Shown here: positions 9,613-22,145 of the stretch, piece after piece
Position numbering within the stretch: position 1 is the stretch's first letter
Layout: each line of letters opens with the position of its first letter
Assembly: GCA_950097015.1 (NCBI GenBank)
Contig: CATNEN010000030.1
Coordinates: forward strand, 4,216,001 to 4,280,000
From: Macrostomum hystrix
Lineage: Eukaryota > Animalia > Platyhelminthes
DNA length: 64,000 bases
Direction: 5' to 3'
Notes under the pieces: model-generated
What the model was told of the DNA's origin: nothing
Databases searched by the model: none
The model's input: the letters and a program-made list of their open reading frames with translations, nothing else
Program-made: the position numbers and the translations under genes

Positions 9613-12600
9613 GCTGCTGTACTCAGTGGCATCCTCAAAATGGTCTGTGCTCGCTCACGTAGGCAATTACAGCTTTTATTCTATGATTTTGACACCAGCA
9701 ATCAAATCGTATTATCTTTTGTCTCCTTTCATTTTGCTGATTTTGAAATGCTCTTTTTGTTCTCTTTCTGATTCTGTTGTTTTGTCCACATTGAATTAAC
9801 ATTTTTTCCTAGAACTTTCTCTGCTGCTTTCTTGTGTGTACAAATTGAATGCAAGCTATAATCCGCGAACCCTGCAATTGTTAGTAGAGTCCAAAATGTC
9901 TCATGTACTGAACAGAAGAAAGTTCACCGAATTTTCGTTTTTTTCACGTTTGTTTTGGTTGATCGCCTAGTTGATATTAAATCCAATGGACGATAATTAT
10001 AAATAAAAGTGCATCTCGAAAAGCTTCTTAATCAAGCTCTTAAGCTCGAATATAGAAAAAATACTAAACGTTAAACATGCACTGATTGAGTTTTTACTCA
10101 ACTGATCAACGGATCAGCTGATTTGGGGAGCAATGGGATCTCAGGGGAGGTCACTAGGATCAGCTGATTTGGGGAGCAATGGGATCTCAGGGGAGGTCAC
10201 TAAGGATCAGCTGATTTGGGGAGCAATGGGATCTCAGGGGAGGTCAATGAGGATCAGCTAATTTGGGGAGCAATGGGATCTCAGGGGAGGTCACTGAGGA
10301 TCAGCTGATTTGGGGAGCAATGGGATCTCAGGGGAGGTCACTGAGGATCAGCTGATTTGGGGAGCAATGGGATCTCAGGGGAGGTCAATGAGGATCAGCT
10401 GATTTGGGGAGCAATGGGATCTCAGGGGAGGTCACTGAGGATCAGCTGATTTGGGGAGCAATGGGATCTCAGGGGAGGTCACTGAGGATCAGCTGATTTG
10501 GGGAGCAATGGGATCTCAGGGGAGGTCACTGAGGATCAGCTGATTTGGGAGGTCACTGGGAATCAACTGATTTGGGGAGCAATGGGATCTCAGGGGAGGT
10601 CACTGAGGATCAGCTGATTTGGGAGGTCACTGGGAATCAACTGATTTGGGGAGCAATGGGATCTCAGGGGAGGTCACTGAGGATCAGCTGATTTGGGAGG
10701 TCACTGGGAATCAACTGATTTGGGGAGCAATGGGATCTCAGGGGAGGTCACTGGGAATCAACTGATTTGAGGAGCAATGGGATCTCAGGGGAGGTCACTG
10801 AGGATCAGATGATTTGGGGAGCAATGGGATCTCAGGGGAGGTCACTGAGGATCAGATGATTTGGGGAGCAATGGGATCTCAGGGGAGGTCACTGAGGATC
10901 AACTGATTTAAGGAGCAATGGGATTCCACTGAGAGTTAACTCACGAGAGGTCAGAAGTTAGTCATTTAATGTTCTCAATCGCTGACCATGAGAATTAGCA
11001 AGAGAAGAATTTATGTTTTAACGCGTTTGAGTAGCTAACTGACTTATTATTTATTTTATGTCAAATATAGAAGCCTGGTGCAAAAAGTTAATTAAGTTTT
11101 AAATAGATTTTTCTATATAAAAAAAGAAAAAAAATTGCATTTCTACTGTATACCGTAAAATCCCCTAAACACTAGAGAACTAGAAAACTAAGCAAAACAG
11201 ATTGGGAACAGGGCTACACACGACAGCAAATGGATGAGGCGAGGACAGCTGTAAAATCCTGCCATAGAATCATTAATTCACCAACAATGAGTGTCAGCTC
11301 ACTTAAGTAATAAATATTACTTAGACAACACACAAGCAGCTAAATCTATAGGCACAGTTACCTTTGCGAACTGTACAGTCAAGTGCGTAATCTGCCCCAG
11401 TAAAATCTATATTGCCTGCATGGGGGAAATAGCATTGGGTGAATTGGGAGGGGAGCATGAAAAGGAATTTAGAATCGCACGAATCGCAGTTGGATACAAA
11501 GGGCATTGCTCAGATGCGAGAGATCAGCAAAGTATTCTAATATGCTGACAGTGACGAATGCGCTGCAAATATTGCAATAAAAAGGACTTGTGCTTGCTAT
11601 ACATTACAATAGACAAAACACGAACAGCGAAATCACAAGAGAACAAAGAGTTTAATGTCAGTTAAGAGCAGCTCAGACTGTCTTAGAATTGAGTACAGCA
11701 GCTCAGAGCAGCTGCAGCTTGCGCGAGGACCAGGCCTGGTAGTCATAGTCCGTGGGCTGCTGCGGGTAGCCGGAGGGCCGCAGGTAGTCGTATGGAGGGT
11801 AGCCGGTGGCGCTGTACTGCCCGTAGGTCTGGTTGTGGTAGGCGGCGGCTGCGGCTGCGGCGGCGGCAGCGGCGGCGGCGCTGCGGTGCTGCTGCTGAAC
11901 GCAGCTGGCGTAGGCGGAGGTCGGCGGGCTGGCCGGCCCACCGAGGCGGCCGGAGGCGGCGGCAGCGGCGGCAGCCGAGGGTCCCCAGGCGGCGGCCGAG
12001 TGGCCGGACGAGTCGCTGGTGAGGAAGTGGGCGGCAGCGGCGGCGGCAGCGGCGGCGGCGTGGCCGTTGGCCTGGGCTGCCGGGCTGCGCTTGGAGGCCT
12101 CGGCGGAGCCGGGCAGGCTGAGCGTCTTGGCGGGTGACGGGCTGCTCGAGTCGACGTCCTCGCATTTGACGCCGCCGACTCCGCCGAGTGCAAGGCCGCC
12201 GTCGTGGTGGCAGCCGCCGAGCATGTCACCGACAGCCATGGCTCCTCCGCCCCCGATGCCGGCGGCGGCCGCGGCGGCTGCAGCAGCGGCCAGCGAGTTT
12301 CCGCAGCCGCCGCCGCCTCCCGCAGCTGTCGCGCCGACGCCGCCTCCGACTGAGCCTGCGGCCGTCTTCGCAGAATGTCCGCCGTGTCCGATCGACTGTC
12401 CGGAGTTCGCTGGCAGGCCGCAGTGCGCGTTGGCCTTTTCGCCGGCCTCCTTCTGCTTCTGCTGCTGGCGCTGCTTGGCCCGCCGGTTCTTGAACCAGAC
12501 CTGCACCCGCGACTCCGGCAGGTTGATGCGCAGCGCCACCTCCTCGCGCATGAAGATGTCCGGGTACTTGGTCTTGCCGAACAGCTCCTCCAGGATCTGC

Positions 12601-12685
12601 AGCTGCGCCCTGGTGAAGGTCGTCCGCTCGCGCCGCTGCTTGCGGACGGGCGCTGGAAGGTGAGATCGAGATCGGTTGGAATTAG
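8630..12685. repeat. Long inverted repeat: arms 8630-9625 and 11690-12685 (996 bp each), 2064 bp spacer
   Basis: Arms are reverse complements; the only difference I found is A9358 versus G (minus strand, 11957). Confidence 0.93.
10112..10925. repeat. Minisatellite, ~47 bp unit GGATCAGCTGATTTGGGGAGCAATGGGATCTCAGGGGAGGTCACTGA, between the two Otx 3' ends
   Basis: Direct tandem repetition with shorter sub-unit variants. Confidence 0.93.
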
Positions 12686-12926
12686 AATCGATCTCAAATT
12701 TAACTCAAACCTGTACTCATTTTTCTACTGTACTCAGTCAGGTGTGCTCACTTGAGTAGGCGGAAAGTGCCGGATGGTGCAGCATCTCGTGATGCGCCGG
12801 TGGGGTCGGAATGCCAACACCAAGGCTGCCCATCATGGCGAAGCTCTGCTTGCCCAGCCCGCCGGATGTGCTGGCGTGCGGATTGTAGTTGAACTGCGAG
12901 CTGTGGTGATAGCCGCCCCACTCCAT
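11703..12926 (-). CDS. Otx: Otx-family homeobox protein, copy B; exons 12926-12752 and 12652-11703 (~374 aa)
   Basis: MEWGGYHH...[15 protein letters not shown], then a 99-bp phase-1 GT-AG intron (12751-12653), then the same homeodomain exon as copy A. Confidence 0.92.
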
Positions 12927-13013
12927 GGCTGGTCTGGCGCTTCGGCTCTGAGACAGGCGGGATTTTATCAGTCTGTTTGAGAACTGTTGAGTCTGGATCT
13001 GAGTGCAGCCGGG

Positions 13014-13480
13014 ATGGGAGCGGAACAAGAGGGGGCGGAAAGGAGCGGAACAAGAGGGGGCGGAAAGGAGCGGAACTAGAGGGGCGGAAAGGAGCGGAAC
13101 TAGAGGGGCGGAAAGGAGCGGAACTAGAGGGGCGGAAAGGAGCGGAACTAGAGGGGCGGAAAGGAGCGGAACTAGAGGGGGCGGAAAGGAGCTGTGCTAG
13201 AGAGGCGGAAAGGAGCGGAACTAGAGGGGGCGGAAAGGAGCTGTGCTAGAGAGGCGGAAAGGAGCGGAACTAGAGGGGGCGGAAAGGAGCTGTGCTAGAG
13301 AGGCGGAAAGGAGCGGAACTAGAGGGGGCGGAAGGGAGCGGAACAAGAGGGGCGGAAAGGAGTGGAACTAGAGGGGGCGGAAAGGAGCGGAACAAGAGGG
13401 GCGGAAACGAGCGGAACTAGAGGGGGCGGAAAGTAGCAGAACTAGAGACGCGCGGAAACGAGCGGAACTAGAGGGGCGGG
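13014..13480. repeat. Minisatellite, ~24 bp unit GGAAAGGAGCGGAACTAGAGGGGC, upstream of Otx B
   Basis: Direct tandem repetition. Confidence 0.93.
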
Positions 13481-14363
13481 AGAGGAGGGAGGGAGCGGAT
13501 TGACGAAAAGTAGTCGAAACGGAGTGGCAGTGTTTCGGAACGGGCAGATCGGTGAGGAAGGGTCTAAGCTGTGAGCGAGTGCGTCAATATTTTCCTGCCA
13601 GTATTTCCAGCAGCATTCACTAATCGAGAGAGAAGCAGCTGGTGAAATGCTAGAGCCTACGCATGTCGATGAAAGCAGGGAGGAAAGCAGGGACAGACAC
13701 GGGGGAAACCTGAGAGCATGAAAATGGCTCCGCGGGCTGACACACCACAGGCCGCCGGGGCAAAGATTGGGAATAGGAACTGAAGCGTGCTCGAGGTTAA
13801 TGGGGCTGCCTCAGATTTCTGAGCTACGCGGAGCTGAATGGGCCGAGTTTGTCAGTGAGGGCGCGGGCAACACTAATCCGGGAGACGATGAAGGAGGAGG
13901 TGGGTGGTCAGGTGCGGACCCGCGCTACTATCCACAGCGAATAAGCTGAGTTAGACTGGCTGACTGACTGAGTGCAGGTGAGCCGCGTGTGCGAGAATTC
14001 AACATCCTTGTTGACGCTCCCGGGCCGTTTGGGGTTGGGGGTTCGAGTCGACTTGATGGGGGGCAGACACGCTCTGGGAATGATGGAACCGGAGTGGCAG
14101 GGATTAGCAGGAATGGACGCAGACTCAGGTTGCTTCGATGTAGTTAAAACACAGTGAGAGACTCAGCTAGAGCCGGCTGTCAGTGGGGGGGGGAGGAGGT
14201 GAGTAGTCAGTGCTCAGGAACCGGAGCTGAGCGCGTGGAGGCGAAATGGAGGTGCCCCGGCGGTCCCCTGTTGCCCCACCTGAGCCGCGGAAGCTGAGGC
14301 GGCGGCAACGGCGAATTGTCAGGGGACGGGGGGACGAGCGATAGTGGAGTGGAGCAGACTCAC

Positions 14364-14520
14364 CTTTTCCAGCCCCTTTGAGCAGCTGCTGCTTTGAATG
14401 TGAGTTGGGGCTCTCTGCAGGGGCATTCTCTGTATTCACTCCGGGCCCATTTTCCCCATTTTGTGTCTCCGCAGAATTCCCTTCAGGGTCTGCCATGCGA
14501 ATGGGGGATTAGGGATTAGA
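14364..14520 (-). other. Putative upstream 5' exon of Otx copy B
   Basis: Strong donor AAAG|GTGAGT at 14364/14363 and candidate acceptor CACTCAG|ATCC at 12999/12998, mirroring the 5' exon layout of copy A. Confidence 0.35.
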
Positions 14521-14944
14521 GGACTGAAAACATGTCACTCTGATGGCATGGGAAGCCGCGCGCGTGTGTGTGTGTGTGTTGGGAGATGCGCTCTGAGCCC
14601 TAAGGGACTCTCTCGAGACAAAACAGCTCACGAACAGTTTCTTCTCCGAACCAAACCAACTTGGGCAAGGCGAATGGGAAGAAAGAAAGATAGAGTGTGG
14701 GGGGAAGCGAATAATATTTTCTCCCATTTTGGGAGAAATATGGCCAAATTGTTGTCTTCAGTGAAACTGAGGGGCTAAGACTTTGAGTTTGAGCACGCGA
14801 ATTGTTAAGTAGAATTCGTAGGCCTACTAGCGACAACATATGGCAGCAGATATACCCAGTTTATACTCAACTGCCAAAGCTTTGCTCAGGCAAACTGATA
14901 TTTGTGGGGCGACATTTTCGAGGCCCACCCGGCCGGAGGGGCGG

Positions 14945-15430
14945 ATGGTAGCGGAAAGATGCAAATCCGAGGGCGGATACGAGTGGAAGGGCGGATACGA
15001 GTGGAAGGGCGGATACGAGTGGAAGGGCGGATACGAGTGGAAGGGCGGATAGGAGCCGAAAAACAGATAGAAGCGGAAAGGCGGATAGGGGCGGAAAGGC
15101 GCATAGGAGCGGAACGGTGGATAGGAGCGGAAAGGTGGATAGAAGCGGAAAGGTGGATAGAAGCGGAAAGGTGGATAGAAGCGGAAAGGTGGATAGAAGC
15201 GGAAAGGTGGATAGAAGCGGAAAGGTGGATAGAAGCGGAGCCGAAGAGCGGATAGGAGCGGAAAGGCGGATAGAAGCGGAAAGGGGGAAACGAGCGGAAG
15301 AGCGGATAGAGCGGAAGGGCTAATATGGAGCGGAAGGGCGGATAGGAGCGGAAAGGCAAATAGGAGCGGAAGGGCGGATAGGAGCGGAATGGCGGATACG
15401 AGCGGAAGCCGAAGGGCGGATAGGAGCGGA
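14945..15430. repeat. Minisatellite, 18 bp unit GATAGAAGCGGAAAGGTG and variants
   Basis: Direct tandem repetition; explains the repetitive ORFs at 14827-15492. Confidence 0.93.
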
Positions 15431-16729
15431 AGGTCAAAAAGCAGCGGAAGGGCAGTGTCGGGCCATAGCTGCAATAGTCGCAGGTCACTCACCGTATGCG
15501 GTTGCGGTATGAGTATTAATAACGATAATCAGCTTCTCCGTGTCCTGTGCTGGGATATCCTCAAAGCCGAATGATTGCCTTGCGAAGATAGGGAGGGATA
15601 AAACCGAGGGGCAGGGAATGGGAGAACTTGCCGCGCCTTGTCCCGCTGGGGGGATTAAGAAGGGATTGGGGATGCCGGGGATCGAGGAGTGGGTGGGTGG
15701 AGACAAAGCTGGCTGGATGGAAGTGAAAGCGGCAACTGCGTCAGGAATGGACCAAGGCAAGTGAGCTCAGGCTGTGGAATACTCGACACGGACTGCTCAA
15801 CCTCTAGGAGACGATGCAGGCTAAGTACGGCAAGGAAATTGTTCGCTTGCAGTTGCGGCCCAATGCGACTTGTTCGGCCATTCTGATTGGCTGGCGTTTG
15901 GGCGATGTTCTGCGAATGCGTTCTCGGATTGTCATTGGTCATGGGTTCGAATCCTGGGTTCGGATGAACGTCTAAAAGAAAAGTATGCAAAAGTTTTGTT
16001 GGCTGTTGACTTGAATTGTTTGAATTTCATTATATTTATGCGAATTTCATGGAATTTCATATCCCTGGAATACTTATTACCAGGCACATTTATCCCATTG
16101 TTGCTTATAGGGATTAGCTCTCAGACTCATAAGAATGCAGGAAAAAAATAGCTTAGATTGAAAAGCACGGGTTGCGTGTCCAGACAGCCTTGAGCGCCGA
16201 TTTTTGCTGCTTTTCCACCTGACAACAGGGGCCTTGCGGGAGAAGAAGCCCTGGCTGTATTTTGTCTTGAAAAAATGATCTGATTTTTTTAATTAACTGA
16301 ACAGGTTGTGAAGAATCAAATTAGCAGCATAACGTTTGAGTCCAGGGGCTTCTAGATATAGTGGAAAAAAGAGAATTCTCTGGATCACTTTGACCCGAGA
16401 GTATGACTAATATTATAGCATCAGAAGCAGCCTGTATGGATTACTCGTTACAAAAGTCTATATGCAGGATTTGCTGGGTCTACAGTTGCAAACTTATGGC
16501 ATATCGATTTGGAAGCCTTAGTCTCAGAGTGCACTCTGTGTCTGCTAGACTAAATCCAATTCAAAACCAGCTTTAAGTTTCGAAATTATTATAAAATTTG
16601 TGTAAAATAAAATTCTGGCAACGCAAAACTAATTAGATTTCAGTAAGTTAAGAGCAACTTGTCCTTACAAATCTTCACACGCTCATCTAGAGATCTTCAC
16701 AGGTTTATTTTGAGATTTTCACATGTTCG

Positions 16730-17535
16730 TCTTGAGATCTTCACACGTCTATCTAGAGATATTCACAAGCTCATCTAAAGATCTTTACAAGCTCATCTAG
16801 AGATCTTCACAAGCTCATCTAGAGATCTTCACACGTCTATCTAGAGATATTCACAAGCTCATCTAGAGATCTTTACAAGCTCATCTAGAGATCTTCACAA
16901 GCTCATCTAGAGATCTTCACAAGCTCATCTAGAGATATTCACAAGCTCATCTAGAGATATTCACAAGCTCATCTAGAGATATTCACAAGCTCATCTAGAG
17001 ATATTCACAAGCTCATCTAGAGATCTTCACACGTCTATCTAGAGATATTCACAAGCTCATCTAGAGATCTTCACACGTCTATCTAGAGATATTCACAAGC
17101 TCATCTAGAGATCTTCACAAGCTCATCTAGAGATCTTCACAAGCTCATCTAGAGATCTTCACAAGCTCATCTAGAGATCTTCACAAGCTCATCTAGAGAT
17201 CTTCACAAGCTCATCTAGAGATCTTCACAAGTTTATCTAGAGATCTTCACAAGCTCATCTAGAGATCTTCACAAGCTCATCTAGAGATCTTCACAAGCTC
17301 ATCTAGAGATCTTCACAAGCTCATCTAGAGATCTTCACAAGCTCATCTAGAGATCTTCACAAGCTCATCTAGAGATCTTCACAAGCTCATCTAGAGATCT
17401 TCACAAGCTCATCTAGAGATCTTCACAAGCTCATCTAGAGATCTTCACAAGTTTATCTAGAGATCTTCACAAGTTTATCTAGAGATATTTACTTATTCAT
17501 CTAATGATCTTGCCACGCTTATCTAGAGATTTTCA
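16730..17535. repeat. Minisatellite, 22 bp unit TCACAAGCTCATCTAGAGATCT
   Basis: Direct tandem repetition. Confidence 0.95.
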
Positions 17536-19054
17536 CCTGATATCTGCATATTCACACCCATCAAATCTAGATTATTTTTAGCAGAAAAAAGCTAACAAAG
17601 CAAGGAAGAAAGAAATGTAAAAGCAGCCGATGCCGAGTTCAATTCGAAGGCAAATTTTCGGGATTCTGAGATCGGTGCGGAGGACACGGCAGCGGAAACT
17701 AATTATCGAGAAATCTTTTTCCCCAATCGAGCCGACGAAATGGGGAGAGGCCGACGGCAAGGTGGTGTGAGGATAATCTGTTTGTCGGCTAGTTTTCCCG
17801 CAAAATTTTATTTCCCAATTTATAGGGGTGGCGGGGGTTGCGAAGGCCGCTCTGAAAGACACACAAAAGGATGGAGGGAATTATAAGATGAAATCCAAAG
17901 AAATTCATTTCCCTTTAACTGGCGCGCAGGCAGCCAAAGAGCCTGCCTGCCATTCTCATTTCCGCCCTGGGAAACTTTGGGAAAAGGAGGATGGGGTGGG
18001 CGAACGTTGCCAGCGAGCTGAGCTAATCTCCCAGGGAAGAAACAAAATAGTTTTAACACAGAAAGCGCGAGGAAGACGGAGGGACAGAGTTCACAACGGT
18101 GGGAAATTATTGACTAGGACGCAGATTTCCCCGCTCCACCCAAAAGCAGGCAAGTCCTAATCCCTCAGCTTCTCCGCCCCGACCTCCCCCTCCTCCTGGG
18201 CCGCGGGGTCCGCCCGGTGTGTCGGACTGGGGAAGGAACAGCGGCGGCTGCGGCCGCGGCGGCGTCGGCGGCGGCAGCGGCGGCGGCGGCAGGGGGCTTA
18301 GTGTGGGATTAAATCCCAAAACTGTGATGAGGCAATTTCGCGAATTCTGCGCTCGAGGGGGTGGGGAGGAGAGGAGGACAAGGAGGGCAGCGGCCGCGCC
18401 CATTTTCACAGCCTTTTATCTTTGTTTTGCCCAAAATAGCCGAGGGTTTTCAGTTGCTGCAGGCTTTCTGTGATAGCACCTGTCCGGGCGCGATTTTACA
18501 CCATCTTCGCCAGGCCAGGCAGGGAGGCCGTTTCTTAGAAATAAATAAATCGAAAAGGCTGAGCCTACAGTAGAGTAATAAATAGATTGCAACTTATAGA
18601 TTTGAAGACACAGCTCAAGCGTCAAATGCCTGACTAGAAATCATTGGATCTGGCATAGCTGACAGTTTATGATGGCTATTTGGCGCGATCTGGACCCGCA
18701 CACCTGTGCGGCGCAGACAGCTGCGGACCAGATCGATATCAATTTAAGTAGCAGGGCCGCACTGCTGAATAAGTTCAGGGCCTGCGGGTAAAGGGGCAGA
18801 GCAGGGAATTTCTTCCGATCTCATCAGCTCAGGCTTAACCTTAGATCAGCCTCATAAAATGGCAGCTGGGCTGACAGCCCGGCCCGCTATCGCTCTGAAC
18901 CAGATCGGCTGACAGGGAAATCTAGGAGAAAATCTTCAGCGGTGTGACGGGGCTGTTTGATGGACTGTAAAAAATGCTGCGACAGATTTCACAAACAGCG
19001 GATGGCAACAGAAATTCCAAGTCCATTGTCCTGAGAATAGAAAGAGACACCCAG

Positions 19055-19225
19055 TCAAGATTGTGCCAGATGTACAGCCAGAGACAGCCGCAGTTGATTC
19101 GTAGCAATTCCTATGGCTGTGTACAGTCTGTTCAGTCCACGGACAGGAGGGGACACTGGCTTTCCAGCCCAGCTAATCTCTGGGTTCCCATTTTACAGCT
19201 AGTTGAACTAAAGCAACGGGAGAAT
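19055..19225 (-). mobile_element. SINE family 1 (CORE-like), 3' fragment
   Basis: Reverse complement GTTGCTTTAGTTCAACTAGCTGTAAAATGGG...ATTAGCTGG...GGACTGAACAG matches the copy at 55972-56300. Confidence 0.65.
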
Positions 19226-19254
19226 GTCTTGGGGATAATACTAATAATAATATT

Positions 19255-19575
19255 TTCAGGAGGGCTGCGGGCAATGGCACATCATTCGGTGACAGTCGAC
19301 AGTCGCAGCCAGCGAGGAGGCAATTCTGCTCATTTCGCTGACTCCTGAGCACACACGCACTCAGATAGTGTACGCAGGCATAAACTCACACAGGTGTGTA
19401 CATCTGCCCTGACTTTCTCATCGTCAGGCAGTGTACACTCTCACTGTGCCTTGGAGGTTGGCCATCAAGGGCGTAAATTGCACGACAAGCCCCCAAGCCT
19501 TCTCTCCACGGCAGCGCCCAAATCAATGTTGGTACGAGAGGCAAACGCGTTAACCGCTCTGCCACTCACCTTCCT
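19255..19575 (-). mobile_element. tRNA-derived SINE family 2
   Basis: Reverse complement aligns with 38668-38995 along its length; (ATT)n tail. Confidence 0.8.
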
Positions 19576-20311
19576 AATGTCTTGGGAAAGTGTCTTGTTC
19601 AATGAGACAAATTGAGATACGAACCCCCGACCTCCTGAAGCTTTAACTACTTAGCTAAAAGCTCCGAATTTAGCCAAGCCCGGAGAATGAGAATATCAAA
19701 GCAATGGTTAAAGAAGGCTGAGAAGTGTCTTACTGCAGTTGATAATACGAGTATATAACAGTGTGGAAATATAAAAAGGTGAGAAAATCGAGCAGCAGAC
19801 GACAGCGGGTCTGGCCCTGCAACTCGCAGAATTGATGCGACAAATACGTGCTCGAAGACAGATAAGCAGTTGAAGGGAAGGAGACTATCAGATAGGCATA
19901 ACGGAGAGGCGACTAGCCATAAAACAGATGAGCCGCGGACAAACGGCGGAGTTTAATTAACCGCTCACACGTTTCCTAACTGAGTATAAAATCCATTCAG
20001 CAAACTTTCCTGGCCTCTATGTGCCGGTCTGTCGTTTTCTCGCAGATGTTGTTGTTAGTGCTGGAATGCGATATTATAACTCGCAGTTATAACCAGCGCA
20101 GTGCGTACGGCTCCACCTGGTAACTATTTAATTCTATGATACAATAAGTCTCTCAGCGCAAACAGAAAGTGAGTCCAATTTGCATAATCAGCACACACAT
20201 TTAACTAGCTCTGAGCATGCCAAGAAATAAAATATGATTTACAAAGTTGTCCGTGTATTTTTCCTACTTAATATATTACCTGAAATTGAGACTGGGTAAT
20301 CAAATACAATG

Positions 20312-21470
20312 AGGAAGCGGAGGATTGCCCACTGAAGCACCTGAATAAACGGAGGATTGCCCACTGAAGATTGCTTACTAAAGCACCTGAGGAAGTGGAG
20401 GATTGCTTACTGAACAAGCGGAGGATTGCCCAATGAAGCACCTGAACAAGCGGAGGATTGCCCACTGAAGCACCTGAACAAGCGGAGGATTGCCCACTGA
20501 AGCACTTAAGAGAGTGGATGATTGCTCACTGAAGGGCCTGACGAAGTGGAGGATTGCTTACTAAAGCACCTGAGGAAGCGGAGGATTGCTTACTAAAGCA
20601 CCTGAGGAAGTGGAGTATTGGTTACTGAAGCACATGAGGAAGTGGAGGATTGCTTACTGAAGCACCTGAGGAAGTGGAGGATTGCTTACTGAAGCACCTG
20701 AGGAAGCGGAGGATTGCTTACTGAAGCACCTGAGGAAGCGGAGGATTGCTTACTGAAGCACCTGAGGAAGCGGAGGATTGCTTACTGAAGCACCTGAGGA
20801 AGCGGAGGATTGCTTACTAAAGCACCTGAGGAAGCGGAGTATTGCTTACTAAAGCACCTGAGGAAGCGGAGGATTGATTACTAAAGCACCTGAGGAAGCG
20901 GAGGATTGATTACTAAAGCACCTGAGGAAGCGGAGGATTGATTACTGAAGCGCCTGAGGAAGTGGAGGATTGCTTACTGAAGCACCTGAGGAAGCGGAGG
21001 ATTGCTTACTGAAGCACCTGAGGAAGTGGAGGATTGCTTACTGAAGCACCTGAGGAAGCGGAGGATTTCTTACTGAAGCACCTGAGGAAGCGGAGGATTG
21101 CTTACTGAAGCACCTGAGGAAGCGGAGGATTTCTTACTGAAGCACCTGAGGAAGCGGAGGATTGCTTACTGAAGCACCTGAGGAAGCGGAGGATTGCTTA
21201 CTGAAGCACCTGAGGAAGCGGAGAATTGCTTACTGAAGCACCTGAGGAAGTGGAGGATTGCTTACTGAAGCACCTGAGGAAGCGGAGGATTTCTTACTGA
21301 AGCACCTGAGGAAGTGGAGGATTGCTGATTGAAGCACATGAGGAAGTGGAGGATTGCTTACTGAAGCACCTGAGGAAGTGGAGGATTGCTTACTGAAGCA
21401 CCTGAGGAAGTGGAGGATTGCTTACTGAAGCACCTGAGGAAGCGGAGGATTGCTCACTGAACTACCTGAG
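20312..21470. repeat. Minisatellite, 32 bp unit GAGGATTGCTTACTGAAGCACCTGAGGAAGCG
   Basis: Direct tandem repetition. Confidence 0.95.
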
Positions 21471-22145
21471 GAAGACGACCTAAGTTAGCGACCAACTAAA
21501 TACTGGCATACATGAGGAACCTATACCAGGCATAATTATTTAGCTGAACGGGTAATTAGAAGTGGCCTTCCAGTGCGATCGCGCTTCCCTTGGATCTTTA
21601 CCCGCCCGAGCACAATGGTCCAGCTCAATTGTTTGATTCCACCGAAGGTGCACAAGGCACTGGGGCGTGAATCGACCCGGAGCCTGTTGCGACACCGCAC
21701 CAGTGTGTGCCCGTCCGTGCGATTTACAAATGGACCAAGACTATTAATACTCGCAACAAAGACTATCAATGCATGCAACAAATCTCTGGAAATGAAAACT
21801 CAAACAAAATGACCGATCAAAGCTCAATTTGAACTGTTTGCTCTTGGGAAACAAACACACCCGACTGGGGGTTAAAATGTAGCTGTGCCACTTCCTCATG
21901 TTTAAGATATCCCCGCTAGAACTTTGGGATCATGATCTGAGCAGTGTTCATCGCTCTTCTATAGACTCAAAATTAGTTTCATAATGAGACTGAAGAAATT
22001 CAAAACATGCCGGTAGCCAGTGACACAAACTGTCTGGTATGTCACGTTTGGCGAAACTCGGGGGTAATTGGGAAAAATCTACCTGAGAGATTGTACAATG
22101 AGATCAATTACCGGTCCAAAGTTGCACTCTTCATTGCCTTAAAAA

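Noticed and set aside
8576-12755. Many overlapping alternative-frame and antisense ORFs over the Otx exons
   Set aside because: By-products of GC-rich poly-Ala codons; only the homeodomain frame matches a family
15925-15965. B-box GGGTTCGAATCC suggesting a tRNA gene
   Set aside because: No cloverleaf, acceptor stem or A-box spacing can be built
18795-18830. CTGATGA...GAAA on the minus strand
   Set aside because: No stem II pairing between the boxes
21536-21781. ORF with GKRDRTGRPLLI resembling a CRAL-TRIO motif
   Set aside because: Single short motif followed by a stop, with no partner exons
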